Source of the DNA: Roseibacillus sp.
Lineage (GTDB): Bacteria > Verrucomicrobiota > Verrucomicrobiia > Verrucomicrobiales > Akkermansiaceae
DNA length: 64,000 nt
Reading direction: 5' to 3'
NCBI GenBank assembly: GCA_965242925.1
Contig: CBDEUM010000029.1
Location: forward strand, 128,001 to 192,000
A program made the position numbers and the translations under genes. The notes beneath the pieces were generated by a model that was not told the DNA's origin, did no database searches, and saw nothing but the letters and a program-made list of their open reading frames with translations. Shown piece by piece: positions 21,065-30,081 of this stretch; within the stretch, counting starts at the first letter, position 1, and each line of letters opens with the position of its first letter.

Positions 21065-21207
21065 CAGGATCCCAAGGGGTGGGACGATGTGAGATCAAGC
21101 GGAGGATTGCCAGCCTCGTGGATACAAAGGCGGGATCTGACTTCTCCCCATCTGGATTTCCGGACTTTTGAGCTTTCCGACTTTCGGGATTTCGGTTTAC
21201 GATGGCC

Positions 21208-21619
21208 GTCCACTCCCCGGGCGATCGCGGGGGTTCCGTTTCGGCGGGAACCTCGAGGAAAGTCCGGACACCACAGGGCAGCGCGCCTCGTGAAAGCGGG
21301 GGCCGGGCCGGTGCAAGCCGACCCGGACGGAAAGTGCAGCAGAAAAAATACCGCCCCGAGTTTCGGCAAAGGGTAAGGGTGAAATGGTGGGGTAAGAGCC
21401 CACCGCTCCGAGGGTAACCGAGGGGGCACGGCAAACCCCGCGTGGTGCAAGACAGAACAGGGGAAGGGCTGCCCGCCCGCAGCATTCCCGGGTATTAGTC
21501 GCACCCCGCTTCGGCGGGGTCCAGCCGCTGCAAGGCGGATGGAAGAGAAATGATCGCCACCCCACGCGGGTCGCAAGGTCCGCCGAGGGGGACAGAATCC
21601 GGCTTACAGGGGAGTGGAC
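21208..21619 (+). ncRNA. rnpB: RNase P RNA, bacterial A-type
   Basis: GAGGAAAGTCCGG and ACAGAATCCGGCTTA conserved segments, GGAAAGTGCAGCAGAAA, GGTAAGAGC; P1 pairing GTCCACTCCCC/GGGGAGTGGAC. Confidence 0.97.
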
Positions 21620-21694
21620 TGTCCCGGGCCGGAAGGCGGGGGCAGGCTCGGACTTCCGGGCCATGCCTCAAATCCAGATTGCGCCTTGCGAATT

Positions 21695-22789
21695 GTGGAT
21701 TTAACTAATCCCGTGTCTGAGTCGACCGAGTTTCTCTTCAAGTCGCGGGATCTTCCGGAGGGGCTGGGGCCCATGACGGTGAAGGAACTGCGCCAGGGTC
21801 TGCGGCGGGGCATGTTCATTTATCCCTTCATCGGAATCCATCTTCTGGCGGTGGTGGCCATGGCGGTTGAATTCAAGATGCAGGAGGTCGAGAAGTTTAC
21901 CGAGTTTGCCGGTGTGCTCAACCTGCTTCTCTTCCTTCCCGGGGGGATGTTCTCGGGAGTTTTCTGGGCGGTGACCGGAGCGGTCTGCCTCTTGTTCATG
22001 CCGCTGGGCGGACTCGCCCTCATGGGGCAGGAACTGGAAAAGGGCAACCACGAGCTTCTGCTCATGACTCCCCTCTCACGCTGGAAGGTGGTGCGTGGGA
22101 AGTTCCTTGCGCTCTGGGGTCTCTGCCTGCTCACGTTCTCGTCCCTCCTGCCCTACCTCATCGTGCGCTATCTCATCGGTGGAATCGATGTCTGGCGTAA
22201 CGTCGCAATGGCGCTCACAGTCGTTCTTTTCTCCGGGATGATGGCGGCGGCGGCGATCGGAGCCTCCTCCTTCACCGGGATTGCGGCCCGTATTGGCATC
22301 CTCATTCTCTTCCTGGGATCCATGCTGTTTTCCCTGGGCACAGTGGCCCTGGCAACTGGAGTGGTGACCAAGCACGCGGGAGTGGTCTTTCACCTCAACA
22401 CCCTTTCGGTGGCCTTCTGCTACCTCACCTTCGGGCTGGCCCTGGCACGTTCGCGGATTCGACTGGCAGTGCACCAGTACGAGATCAAGCCGAGCTGGAT
22501 GATCATCGGCCTTCTTATCCTCACTCCCTTTGTGGTCCTCATGGCGACCTTCATGACGTTATTCCATGCGGGAGGAGTGGGGCTGATTGGAATGGGCTTG
22601 GTGGGATGGTTTGCGGACCGGAGCCCCAAGGCGCCCAAGTGGGTGCAGGCCCCGGCGGCCAATATCCCGGGGATGGCTCCCCCGACTGGTATTCCGGGGT
22701 CACAGCCACCAGCGCCGGCTGGAAGTCCGCCCCCCCTGCCTCCCGGTCCGGATCCCGGTGCCGGGGAAGAAAAGGAAGGGGGATTGTAG
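21695..22789 (+). CDS. ABC-2 permease-like membrane protein (start uncertain)
   Basis: PMTVKELRQGLR, ELEKGNHELLLMTPLS...VRGK, multiple TM helices, Pro-rich tail. Confidence 0.75.
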   Translation: MDLTNPVSESTEFLFKSRDLPEGLGPMTVKELRQGLRRGMFIYPFIGIHLLAVVAMAVEFKMQEVEKFTEFAGVLNLLLFLPGGMFSGVFWAVTGAVCLLFMPLGGLALMGQELEKGNHELLLMTPLSRWKVVRGKFLALWGLCLLTFSSLLPYLIVRYLIGGIDVWRNVAMALTVVLFSGMMAAAAIGASSFTGIAARIGILILFLGSMLFSLGTVALATGVVTKHAGVVFHLNTLSVAFCYLTFGLALARSRIRLAVHQYEIKPSWMIIGLLILTPFVVLMATFMTLFHAGGVGLIGMGLVGWFADRSPKAPKWVQAPAANIPGMAPPTGIPGSQPPAPAGSPPPLPPGPDPGAGEEKEGGL

Positions 22790-22919
22790 GGGTTTCCCCC
22801 TTGCGAGAGGCAGGGATGGAGCATCCGTGCCCGGGCAGGAAGCGCATCATTTCTCTCGATGTTCTGAAAAAGAAGAATCGATTTCCAGTGAGAGGCCAGT
22901 TGGGCTAGAAACTCTTTTC

Positions 22920-25604
22920 GTGCCAGAGGCGGATCAGGAAGTGGAAGCAGATGGTCACGAGCCGGACCGGCGGAACTGGGTCTCGTTCTGGAGCCTGATG
23001 GGCCTGCAGGCCCAGAACGCGTTCAACGACAAGGCGCTGCAGTTCACCCTGGTTCCCCTGGGCGTGTGGGTTGCCGCAGCGGCTGGCGCAGGGTGGGGAG
23101 CTTGGCTGCCCCACGTGCTGGGGATGCTCATTCTTCTTCCCTTTATTCTGTTTGCGCCCCTCGCAGGGTGGGCCTCGGATACGTTTTCCAAGACTCGCGT
23201 CATTCGTCTTACGGCGTGGCTGCAGTTGGTTGTATTCGCGGTCGTTCTCTTCTCCTTCAAGGTGGAGGGCATTCGTCTTGCGGTGGCCTGTTTCTTTTTC
23301 CTCGCGGTGCAGTCTACGATCCTGAGCCCGGCCAAGAACGGGATCATCAAGGAGTTGGTCGGGTCCACGCGCTTGGGATTTGCCAGTGGCATCATGCAGA
23401 TGTTCACCATCCTGGCGATCCTTGCGGGACAGATCCTCATTGGTATCTGGTTTTCGGCCCGCTTGGAATCCTCGGGAAGCGGTTGGGACGCAGGTCGTGT
23501 CCCGATGGTTCTGATCTGCCTTGGGGCGATCGTGACCCTGGTCATGGCGTATTCGATTCAGGTGATGCCTGCCCAGGCGAAGAAGCCCTTCCGCGCGGCG
23601 TTGCTAGTGTCTCACTTTCAACAGCTGAGCCAGCTTCTGAAGTCGAAGCCGCTTCGGCTCAGTGCTCTTGGCATCGCATATTTCTGGGCCTTCGGGGCCG
23701 TGGTGCAGTTCATCACCCTGCAGATTGCGGGGGAGCTTTATCCTGACGGGCATCCGAATTTCGGCCGGGCAACGTCCTATATGATGCTGGCGGCCAGTGG
23801 CGGGATTGGGATCGGCAGCGTTTTTGGGGCCATCATCAACAAGCGTCACATCGAACTGGGGCTCAACCCACTCGGGGGGATCATCATGACGGTGGCCAGC
23901 CTCCTGATCATCCTGGCCCCCCCGGAGTCCTGGTTTTTCTATACCGTTCTCGCCTTTGCGGGGCTGGGCGCTGCCTTTTTCTTCGTTCCGATCAATGCCT
24001 TCCTGCAGGACCAGTGCGATCCGGATCAGCGGGGGAACATTCTGGCCGGCTCCGCTCTTCTCAACTGTCTGGCGATGGCTGGGGCGGTGATCCTCCAGTT
24101 CGTGATGATGAAGGTGGGTTTGGAGACCCACATCCAGTTTCTTCTCCTGGCCCTGGTGTCCATTGCGGCGACCTGGTACGTCATGCGGCTCCTCCCGCGC
24201 GCTTTCGTGAAGATGCTCGTCTTCAGTGCCCTGCGCGCCTTCTACCGCATCGAGGCAATTTACCCCGGGCGCATGCCGGAGAAGGGCGGCATCCTGCTCA
24301 CTCCGAATCACGTCAGCTATCTCGATGCCCTGGTTCTCACTGCCGCCAGCCCCCGGCCGGTCCGATTTCTGATGGTGAGCTACTATTTCGATAAGCCCCT
24401 GGTCGGGAAGGTTGCCAAGCTCTTCGATACTGTCCCGATTTCCAGCATGCGTGCCAAGGATGCCATCAAGGTCGCAGCCGAGTCCGTGAGGGAGGGCAAC
24501 GTAGTCTGCATTTTCCCGGAGGGGGAATTATCCCGCAGCGGATTCATGGGTGAATTCAAGCGCGGCTTCGAACTGATCGCCCGCAAGGCGGACTGTCTTG
24601 TGCAACCGGTCTACCTCGATGGGCTCTGGAAATCCATTTTCTCCGCTGAGCGCGGAAAGTATTTCTGGAAGATGCCGCGGGCCATTCCCTTCGGGGTGCG
24701 GGTGGCCTTCGGGGAGGCACGGGCGGCGCAGGACTATAGGGCCAGGGACGTCAGACGGGAACTCAACAGCCTGGCGGGGGAGGTCTTTGCCCGGCGGCGC
24801 GAGTCCGCTGGGAAGGTGAAGGAGTTCCTCCTTCAGCAGAGCAAGCCCGGGGATCGAGCTCTCCTCTGGGTGCACGGGGGACAGGTCTGCTCCTGCAGTT
24901 GGGAGGAGGTGCTGAACCTCCTCGATCAGGGAGGAGATCCCGTCCGCGTGGCGGCGGGCCATCCTGGTGCGCAGCAGTGGCTGGAGGATTGGCTTGCGCT
25001 GGATGAATTGAGCGAGCGGGAATGGCGTGGCCTGTTGATCAATGCCCACCAACTGATGGATCTCCACAACCTCGGGGATGGGAAGGCGGTGGTGACTCTC
25101 GATGCGTCAGCTTCACCGGCCGTGCGCCGGGTCTGGGGCATGCTCCTGCCGGTCCTTACTCGTAGCGAGACCGTTGTCCTCGGGCCGGAGGATGGGCCTT
25201 CCGAACTGGGGACACTGCGCGGGGGAAAGATCGTCCTGCGTGACCTGGTCGGGACGACCCGGATGCGCGAGGTCCTGCAGGAGGCGCAGGCAGAGGACCA
25301 TTCCATGGTGCTCTACCAGTTCGGGGGAGGACCGCAGCAGGCTGAGGATGCCGGGCGCGGCATCTTCGCGGCTTATGAAACAGCGGGCCGGGTGCTCAGT
25401 TTTTCGATGCCACCCGATCCCATCATCCTCAAGGGTGATGAAGCACACCCGGGCTGGAAGGAACATTCCTATGGACGGCTGCTCGCCGGATTCGTGGTGC
25501 GCAGTTGCGAGGGGGGAGTGGAAGTGAGTGGGGAGATGTTTCCCGGGGCCATCGAATTGCCGAACTGGTCAGTGGACGAGCGGGGATTTCTCTCGCAGTC
25601 GTGA
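22920..25604 (+). CDS. MFS (LplT-like) + PlsC acyltransferase fusion, Aas-like, with degenerate C-terminal region (start uncertain)
   Basis: QNAFND, LPFILFAPLAG, SPAKNGIIKELVG; NHVSYLD and FPEG acyltransferase motifs. Confidence 0.85.
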   Translation: MPEADQEVEADGHEPDRRNWVSFWSLMGLQAQNAFNDKALQFTLVPLGVWVAAAAGAGWGAWLPHVLGMLILLPFILFAPLAGWASDTFSKTRVIRLTAWLQLVVFAVVLFSFKVEGIRLAVACFFFLAVQSTILSPAKNGIIKELVGSTRLGFASGIMQMFTILAILAGQILIGIWFSARLESSGSGWDAGRVPMVLICLGAIVTLVMAYSIQVMPAQAKKPFRAALLVSHFQQLSQLLKSKPLRLSALGIAYFWAFGAVVQFITLQIAGELYPDGHPNFGRATSYMMLAASGGIGIGSVFGAIINKRHIELGLNPLGGIIMTVASLLIILAPPESWFFYTVLAFAGLGAAFFFVPINAFLQDQCDPDQRGNILAGSALLNCLAMAGAVILQFVMMKVGLETHIQFLLLALVSIAATWYVMRLLPRAFVKMLVFSALRAFYRIEAIYPGRMPEKGGILLTPNHVSYLDALVLTAASPRPVRFLMVSYYFDKPLVGKVAKLFDTVPISSMRAKDAIKVAAESVREGNVVCIFPEGELSRSGFMGEFKRGFELIARKADCLVQPVYLDGLWKSIFSAERGKYFWKMPRAIPFGVRVAFGEARAAQDYRARDVRRELNSLAGEVFARRRESAGKVKEFLLQQSKPGDRALLWVHGGQVCSCSWEEVLNLLDQGGDPVRVAAGHPGAQQWLEDWLALDELSEREWRGLLINAHQLMDLHNLGDGKAVVTLDASASPAVRRVWGMLLPVLTRSETVVLGPEDGPSELGTLRGGKIVLRDLVGTTRMREVLQEAQAEDHSMVLYQFGGGPQQAEDAGRGIFAAYETAGRVLSFSMPPDPIILKGDEAHPGWKEHSYGRLLAGFVVRSCEGGVEVSGEMFPGAIELPNWSVDERGFLSQS

Positions 25605-25718
25605 TCATGGCCGGGAAGGCGAGACGCCTGCTCTCCCTGCTATGCAAAACGCGCGCGGTCTCCTGCGCGCGCCTTGTTCTTGGACGATAAGAACCTGCTC
25701 GGGGAATTTTTCTCGGGC

Positions 25719-26327
25719 CTATTCGCTGCTGAGCTGTTTGAGCAGTTCACTGACGGCCTTGCCCACTTCAAACTTGTTGTCGGGAAGCTGCACGGTGGTG
25801 GCTTCGGCATCGGGATTGGCGTAGCCCTCGATGTTGCCTGCCTTGCCGTCGATGATGATGGTGATCCCTTCCGCGGCGGGTTCGCCGCTGATGTCCTGCC
25901 TGATGGAGGCCACCGCGGGATCGAGGACCGCCTTGATGGCATCTGCAGTTGCGGGTTCGAAACCGTAAAGAATGATGGTTGCAGCCGGGTTGGCAGGGAC
26001 TTCCTGATCGTTGCCCCGCATCCCCCCATTGAGCGGATCGGTGCGGTCCGGTATGAGGAGGAAGGCGGCTACCGCGATCAGGGCGACGGCCGCGAGAGCT
26101 CCACTGAATTGCGGTTGCGCGAAGAGACGTGATATCCTGGTGAAGAGGGACTCACTGCGTTCCTCCGTGGGAGCGGGAGTGGGGGCGAGACCCTTTCCGT
26201 ACTGGTCCCGGATGCGGTCGCGGAGGTCCCCGGGCAGGGAAGGCACATCATCGGCCTCCTCAGAGCGGAAGCTCTGGGCCAGAAGGGCCTTCAGCTCTTC
26301 GTGCTTGTCGGAAGGCTCAGTTTTCAT
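25719..26327 (-). CDS. Single-TM hypothetical protein, candidate anti-sigma factor
   Basis: Short N-terminal region, one TM helix (ALAAVALIAVAAFLLI), directly downstream of sigma-like gene. Confidence 0.55.
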   Translation of the reverse strand: MKTEPSDKHEELKALLAQSFRSEEADDVPSLPGDLRDRIRDQYGKGLAPTPAPTEERSESLFTRISRLFAQPQFSGALAAVALIAVAAFLLIPDRTDPLNGGMRGNDQEVPANPAATIILYGFEPATADAIKAVLDPAVASIRQDISGEPAAEGITIIIDGKAGNIEGYANPDAEATTVQLPDNKFEVGKAVSELLKQLSSE

Positions 26328-26367
26328 CGTCCTGTACCCCTCCAACCGCACGGGAATCCGGTCATTT

Positions 26368-27309
26368 TCAACTTAACAGACATTTTTGCAGCTTTCCGAG
26401 GGCTTCTTCCAGCGCTTCATTGAGAATTCGGCGTTTCTTGGAAATCGAATGATCAGGATCAAGGCCCAGTTGTTCAAGGATTTGGGGGTCTTCACAGAGC
26501 TCACCCATGGTGGCGCTCTGGGCGACGTAAACAGTGAAAATGAGGCGCCACTGGCACTCGTTGAGAACCTCTCCACACTGCCGGTAGATTTCGTCGAAAC
26601 TAAGCTGCCCAAGGCCCCGGTCCGGGTCGGCGCTCTCGTCCTCGAACTGCATGGCCCCGTCTTCCCGCTCGGTGAGGTCTTCAAAGGAACTCTGGGTATT
26701 GGGCTGATTCTTCAGAGCCCCCTGTTTCCGGCGCCAGTCGATGGCCCGGAACTGGATCATCTTGGAAAAGAGGGGGATGACTTCCTCAAAGACCACGATG
26801 GCCTCGACGGGAGCCTTGCCGTCCTTGGCCCGCTCGCGGGCAAGTTCAGCGAAGGTTTCCAGGTAGACGTCCTCCGCGTCCTGGTTGCCCAGTCCCTTTC
26901 GGAGGAGAAGGTGGAATCCGAAGGGTCGCAGGATGGGATCGAGTTCGTTCCATTCACGGTCAGAAAAGCCTCCTCCTTCCTTCTTTTGCAGGCGATCGAG
27001 GTCGAGATTCTTCTCATAGCGTCCGTCCGCCGGATCGTGACAGACCTGCGGATCGGACTGCGCGGTGCGATCGGTTGCCACGTTGTGGCGGGCGTGATCG
27101 TGGGCGCCCTCCAGGGCCTCGGCCGAAAATTCGGCGTCAGAGGGACGTAGCTTGTAGCGATCAAGGAGGTTCTCGAAGATTCCGCTCGCCAGTGCTCCCG
27201 CGGCTTCGTCGGGGATAAGGACACCCTCGACCGGCCTCTTGGCCCGGCGATAAGTCGCGCGCCAGAGTTTCTCGAAGAACTCAGGATCAGGCTCACCGGA
27301 GCGATTCAT
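26368..27309 (-). CDS. Divergent ECF-like sigma factor with N-terminal extension
   Basis: DAEDVYLETF and FRAIDWRRKQ resemble region 2; LNECQWRLIF...EALGKLQKCL resembles region 4. Confidence 0.6.
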   Translation of the reverse strand: MNRSGEPDPEFFEKLWRATYRRAKRPVEGVLIPDEAAGALASGIFENLLDRYKLRPSDAEFSAEALEGAHDHARHNVATDRTAQSDPQVCHDPADGRYEKNLDLDRLQKKEGGGFSDREWNELDPILRPFGFHLLLRKGLGNQDAEDVYLETFAELARERAKDGKAPVEAIVVFEEVIPLFSKMIQFRAIDWRRKQGALKNQPNTQSSFEDLTEREDGAMQFEDESADPDRGLGQLSFDEIYRQCGEVLNECQWRLIFTVYVAQSATMGELCEDPQILEQLGLDPDHSISKKRRILNEALEEALGKLQKCLLS

Positions 27310-27456
27310 AGCAAGTCCCCCCACGGGACGTTCCTAGGAAACAATGTCCAACTCCCCTAAAGCAAGGACCGTTTCCGGGAGTCTGGTCATCCGTGCTTCC
27401 GGGATCCCGGGCAAAAAAAATGAAAATCGCTTCCTGCCCTGTCCGGTTGGGGTATC

Positions 27457-28713
27457 GTGCTTCATATGTGGTCAGGAGGTCGCTCCCTCAGATTAATTGC
27501 TGTGGCTGGTGTCTTCGCGGGTTCGCTGGGCACCGCCACGGGCCAAACCCCCCTATGCGACCATCAGCATCCGGGTAACCCAACATTGATCTCAGGGGCG
27601 GCCTCCTGTTTCTACAATGAAGCGACCGGGGGGCAGACCCTCATCCAGCTCGGGGACGCCAGCATCATTCGCTGGGACAGTCTTGCTCTTGAGGATTCTG
27701 GCAGCAGCCTGACCTTCGAATGGCTTGGTCCGGCCGATTCCGCCCCCACGGTTCTCAACCGGGTGGAGCAGGGGGGACGTCAGGAAGCGGTCCTCGGTGG
27801 CACGCTCTCCTTTTCGAATGGCAACCTGATCATCACTCATCCCAATACCGGATTAAACATCTTTGGCACGGTGGAGGCCGGTGCGGTCACCATCGTGACC
27901 CACAACCTGGATTCGCTGGCCGAGATGCAGTTGCTCAGTGGAGAGGCTGCGGACTTCACCAATGCCTCCGTCAGCAGTCGACTCAATGTCATGGGAGGAA
28001 AGGTGGTGGCGACCTCCGGTGACGTGGTGCTTGGTGGGCCCGCGGTATCCATTATCGGGGGCGGGGACTCCGGTCAGGACGAAGGGAGTGAGATTCTGGC
28101 GCCTGCCGGTTCGATCCGGATCTTCGGCGGCCAGAACTTCAGGCTCTTGCCGCAGGATGTTCCTGCCGGTACCTCCCGGATTGAGCGGCTGCCGGGAAGC
28201 GCCAACGGAAACGTGTTCAATTCACAGACGGTTCGGGCCGAGCGGATGGTAGAGATAGTGGCCGAGAGCGATATCAGGAATAACGGCACTTTGCAGGCCG
28301 ACGGACTGGGTGGCGTGGTGATGATGCGGGTGGACGCGAATGGGACCCTCGCAAATGAGGAGGATGCCCTTGTTTCCGCTGATATCATTGTTCCCTTTCC
28401 CCCTCCCGGACCCGGAACGGTCATTCATCCCGATCGCGGGGATGCCCCCTCTCCCCTGAGTACCGGCTTGAGCCGTATTCCGGTTGTAGCCAGTCCGGGA
28501 CAGGGAGAGAGTTCCAAGCGCGTGGTCCTGCGTGAGTCGGCTCCCGTCACCGGCAGTGCAAGCGCCCAGCGGCAACGGGCCAACCGATCCCGGGGTGAAT
28601 CTTCCAATCGTAACAGTGCTCTCGCCGGCAATACCACGCGAGGCAGTGGACATCTCGCGCGGGGCCGTAGTTTCTTCGGAGTGCGGGGAGGGACGAAGGC
28701 AAAGAAACCCTGA
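27457..28713 (+). CDS. Filamentous-haemagglutinin N-terminal (TPS) domain-like secreted protein
   Basis: Signal peptide; SIIRWDS, VLNRV, GTL.SNGNLIITHPN resemble the haemagglutination-activity domain. Confidence 0.6.
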   Translation: MLHMWSGGRSLRLIAVAGVFAGSLGTATGQTPLCDHQHPGNPTLISGAASCFYNEATGGQTLIQLGDASIIRWDSLALEDSGSSLTFEWLGPADSAPTVLNRVEQGGRQEAVLGGTLSFSNGNLIITHPNTGLNIFGTVEAGAVTIVTHNLDSLAEMQLLSGEAADFTNASVSSRLNVMGGKVVATSGDVVLGGPAVSIIGGGDSGQDEGSEILAPAGSIRIFGGQNFRLLPQDVPAGTSRIERLPGSANGNVFNSQTVRAERMVEIVAESDIRNNGTLQADGLGGVVMMRVDANGTLANEEDALVSADIIVPFPPPGPGTVIHPDRGDAPSPLSTGLSRIPVVASPGQGESSKRVVLRESAPVTGSASAQRQRANRSRGESSNRNSALAGNTTRGSGHLARGRSFFGVRGGTKAKKP

Positions 28714-28792
28714 GGCGCGACTCTTCATTCAGTCGGTCGCCTCCGCTCCGCTGGTCCACGGCCTGGGAGGGGAGTTTATTCCCGCCTGCATC

Positions 28793-28828
28793 TTTAAAAG
28801 AGAAGGGGGAGAACCGAAGTTCTCCCCC
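28793..28828 (-). terminator. Rho-independent terminator
   Basis: Perfect 10-bp stem GGGGGAGAAC-UUCG-GUUCUCCCCC followed on the minus strand by UUCUCUUUU. Confidence 0.75.
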
Positions 28829-28892
28829 CTCTGTTGGGTTGCCTATGGAAATAGCGTTGGCTGCCTAAATCTTTTGCTGCAGGGGCAGCTTG
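28793..28892 (-). ncRNA. Candidate small RNA of about 100 nt
   Basis: Orphan terminator, upstream TTGACG at 28927-28922, 5' hairpin, duplicated UAGGCA(G/AC)CCAAC motif. Confidence 0.4.
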
Positions 28893-29196
28893 GTAAGAGC
28901 ATCTGATGTGGCAGGAGGGTCCGTCAACATTGAAGTTACGTCTTTAGTTCGATGGATAGTTTGCCTCTCTGAAACAAAATATGGCTGACCGGGTGAGGGT
29001 TGCACAGGGTGGCCCCGGGGATGAGCGATCAGCATGGTGTGAGCCCTGAATCCCTAGGGTCATACGGATTTCCTGCATGTTAGAGATGTCCGCCGATTGA
29101 GCTTTCGCCTTGGCCTTGCTGGGGATTCCACGAGGAAATATTGCGGCCCCTGCTCCTTGGGGCTAGCACTCGTGGAGCGACTGAGATTCCACTACC

Positions 29197-29976
29197 ATGA
29201 AGAACGCCCTGGCTTTTCTGACCTTTCTGTTCCTTTTCACCTCGACGAACCTTCACGCTGATGAGGGCAACAAGAACGACAAGGGGGACCGCGTGTATGA
29301 GTTGCGGACCTACTATGCGAACGAGGGAAAACTCAATGCCCTCCATGCGCGCTTTCGGGATCATACCTGCGATCTTTTTGAGAAGCACGGCATGCAGAAT
29401 GTCGCCTACTGGGTGCCCGTGGACAATCAGGCCAACACGCTGGTTTACATCGTTTCCCATGCCAGCCGGGAGGCGGGGAAGAAGTCGTGGGGCGCCTTTC
29501 TCAAGGATCCCGACTGGCAGGCGGCATACAAGGCCTCGGTCCGGGACGGAAAACTGGTACGCAAGATCGAGCGGGTGTTCCTCACCGCCACGGATTATTC
29601 GCCGGAACTCAAGATTGAGGCCGGCAACCCTGTCCGCCTCTTCGAGCTTCGCACCTACACCACCCACGAGGGGAAACGCCCCGATATTAACAAGCGCTTC
29701 CGCGATCATACCTGTGCCCTGTTCGCCCGGCATGGGATCACCAACCTGCTCTATTGTGATCTCATGAAGGATCAGAAGGGATCGGACATGACTCTGACCT
29801 ATCTCATCGCTCACAAGGATCAGAAAGCTCGTGCCGCTTCCTGGGATGCTTTCCGCAAGGACCCCGACTGGCAGGCCGCCCGCAAGGCCTCCCAGGTAAA
29901 GGGTCCAATCCTGCTCAAAAAAGGTGGAGTGAAGTCGACCCTGCTCACGGCTGTCGATTATTCGCCGATGAAGTAG
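29197..29976 (+). CDS. NIPSNAP family protein, two domains, with signal peptide
   Basis: YELRTY/FELRTY, RFRDHTC twice, KDPDWQAA twice. Confidence 0.9.
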   Translation: MKNALAFLTFLFLFTSTNLHADEGNKNDKGDRVYELRTYYANEGKLNALHARFRDHTCDLFEKHGMQNVAYWVPVDNQANTLVYIVSHASREAGKKSWGAFLKDPDWQAAYKASVRDGKLVRKIERVFLTATDYSPELKIEAGNPVRLFELRTYTTHEGKRPDINKRFRDHTCALFARHGITNLLYCDLMKDQKGSDMTLTYLIAHKDQKARAASWDAFRKDPDWQAARKASQVKGPILLKKGGVKSTLLTAVDYSPMK

Positions 29977-30081
29977 CATCGACGGTGCGAGGATCCGGGA
30001 GTCCTGACGGTCTGCTGGCCGGGTGATGTTTCCCGCGGGTCTGAGGGCCGGGAGACGAGGCCTTGTCTCCTGGCGTCAGGG

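Noticed and set aside
21027..21664. Several short ORFs on both strands
   Set aside because: They overlap the RNase P RNA gene
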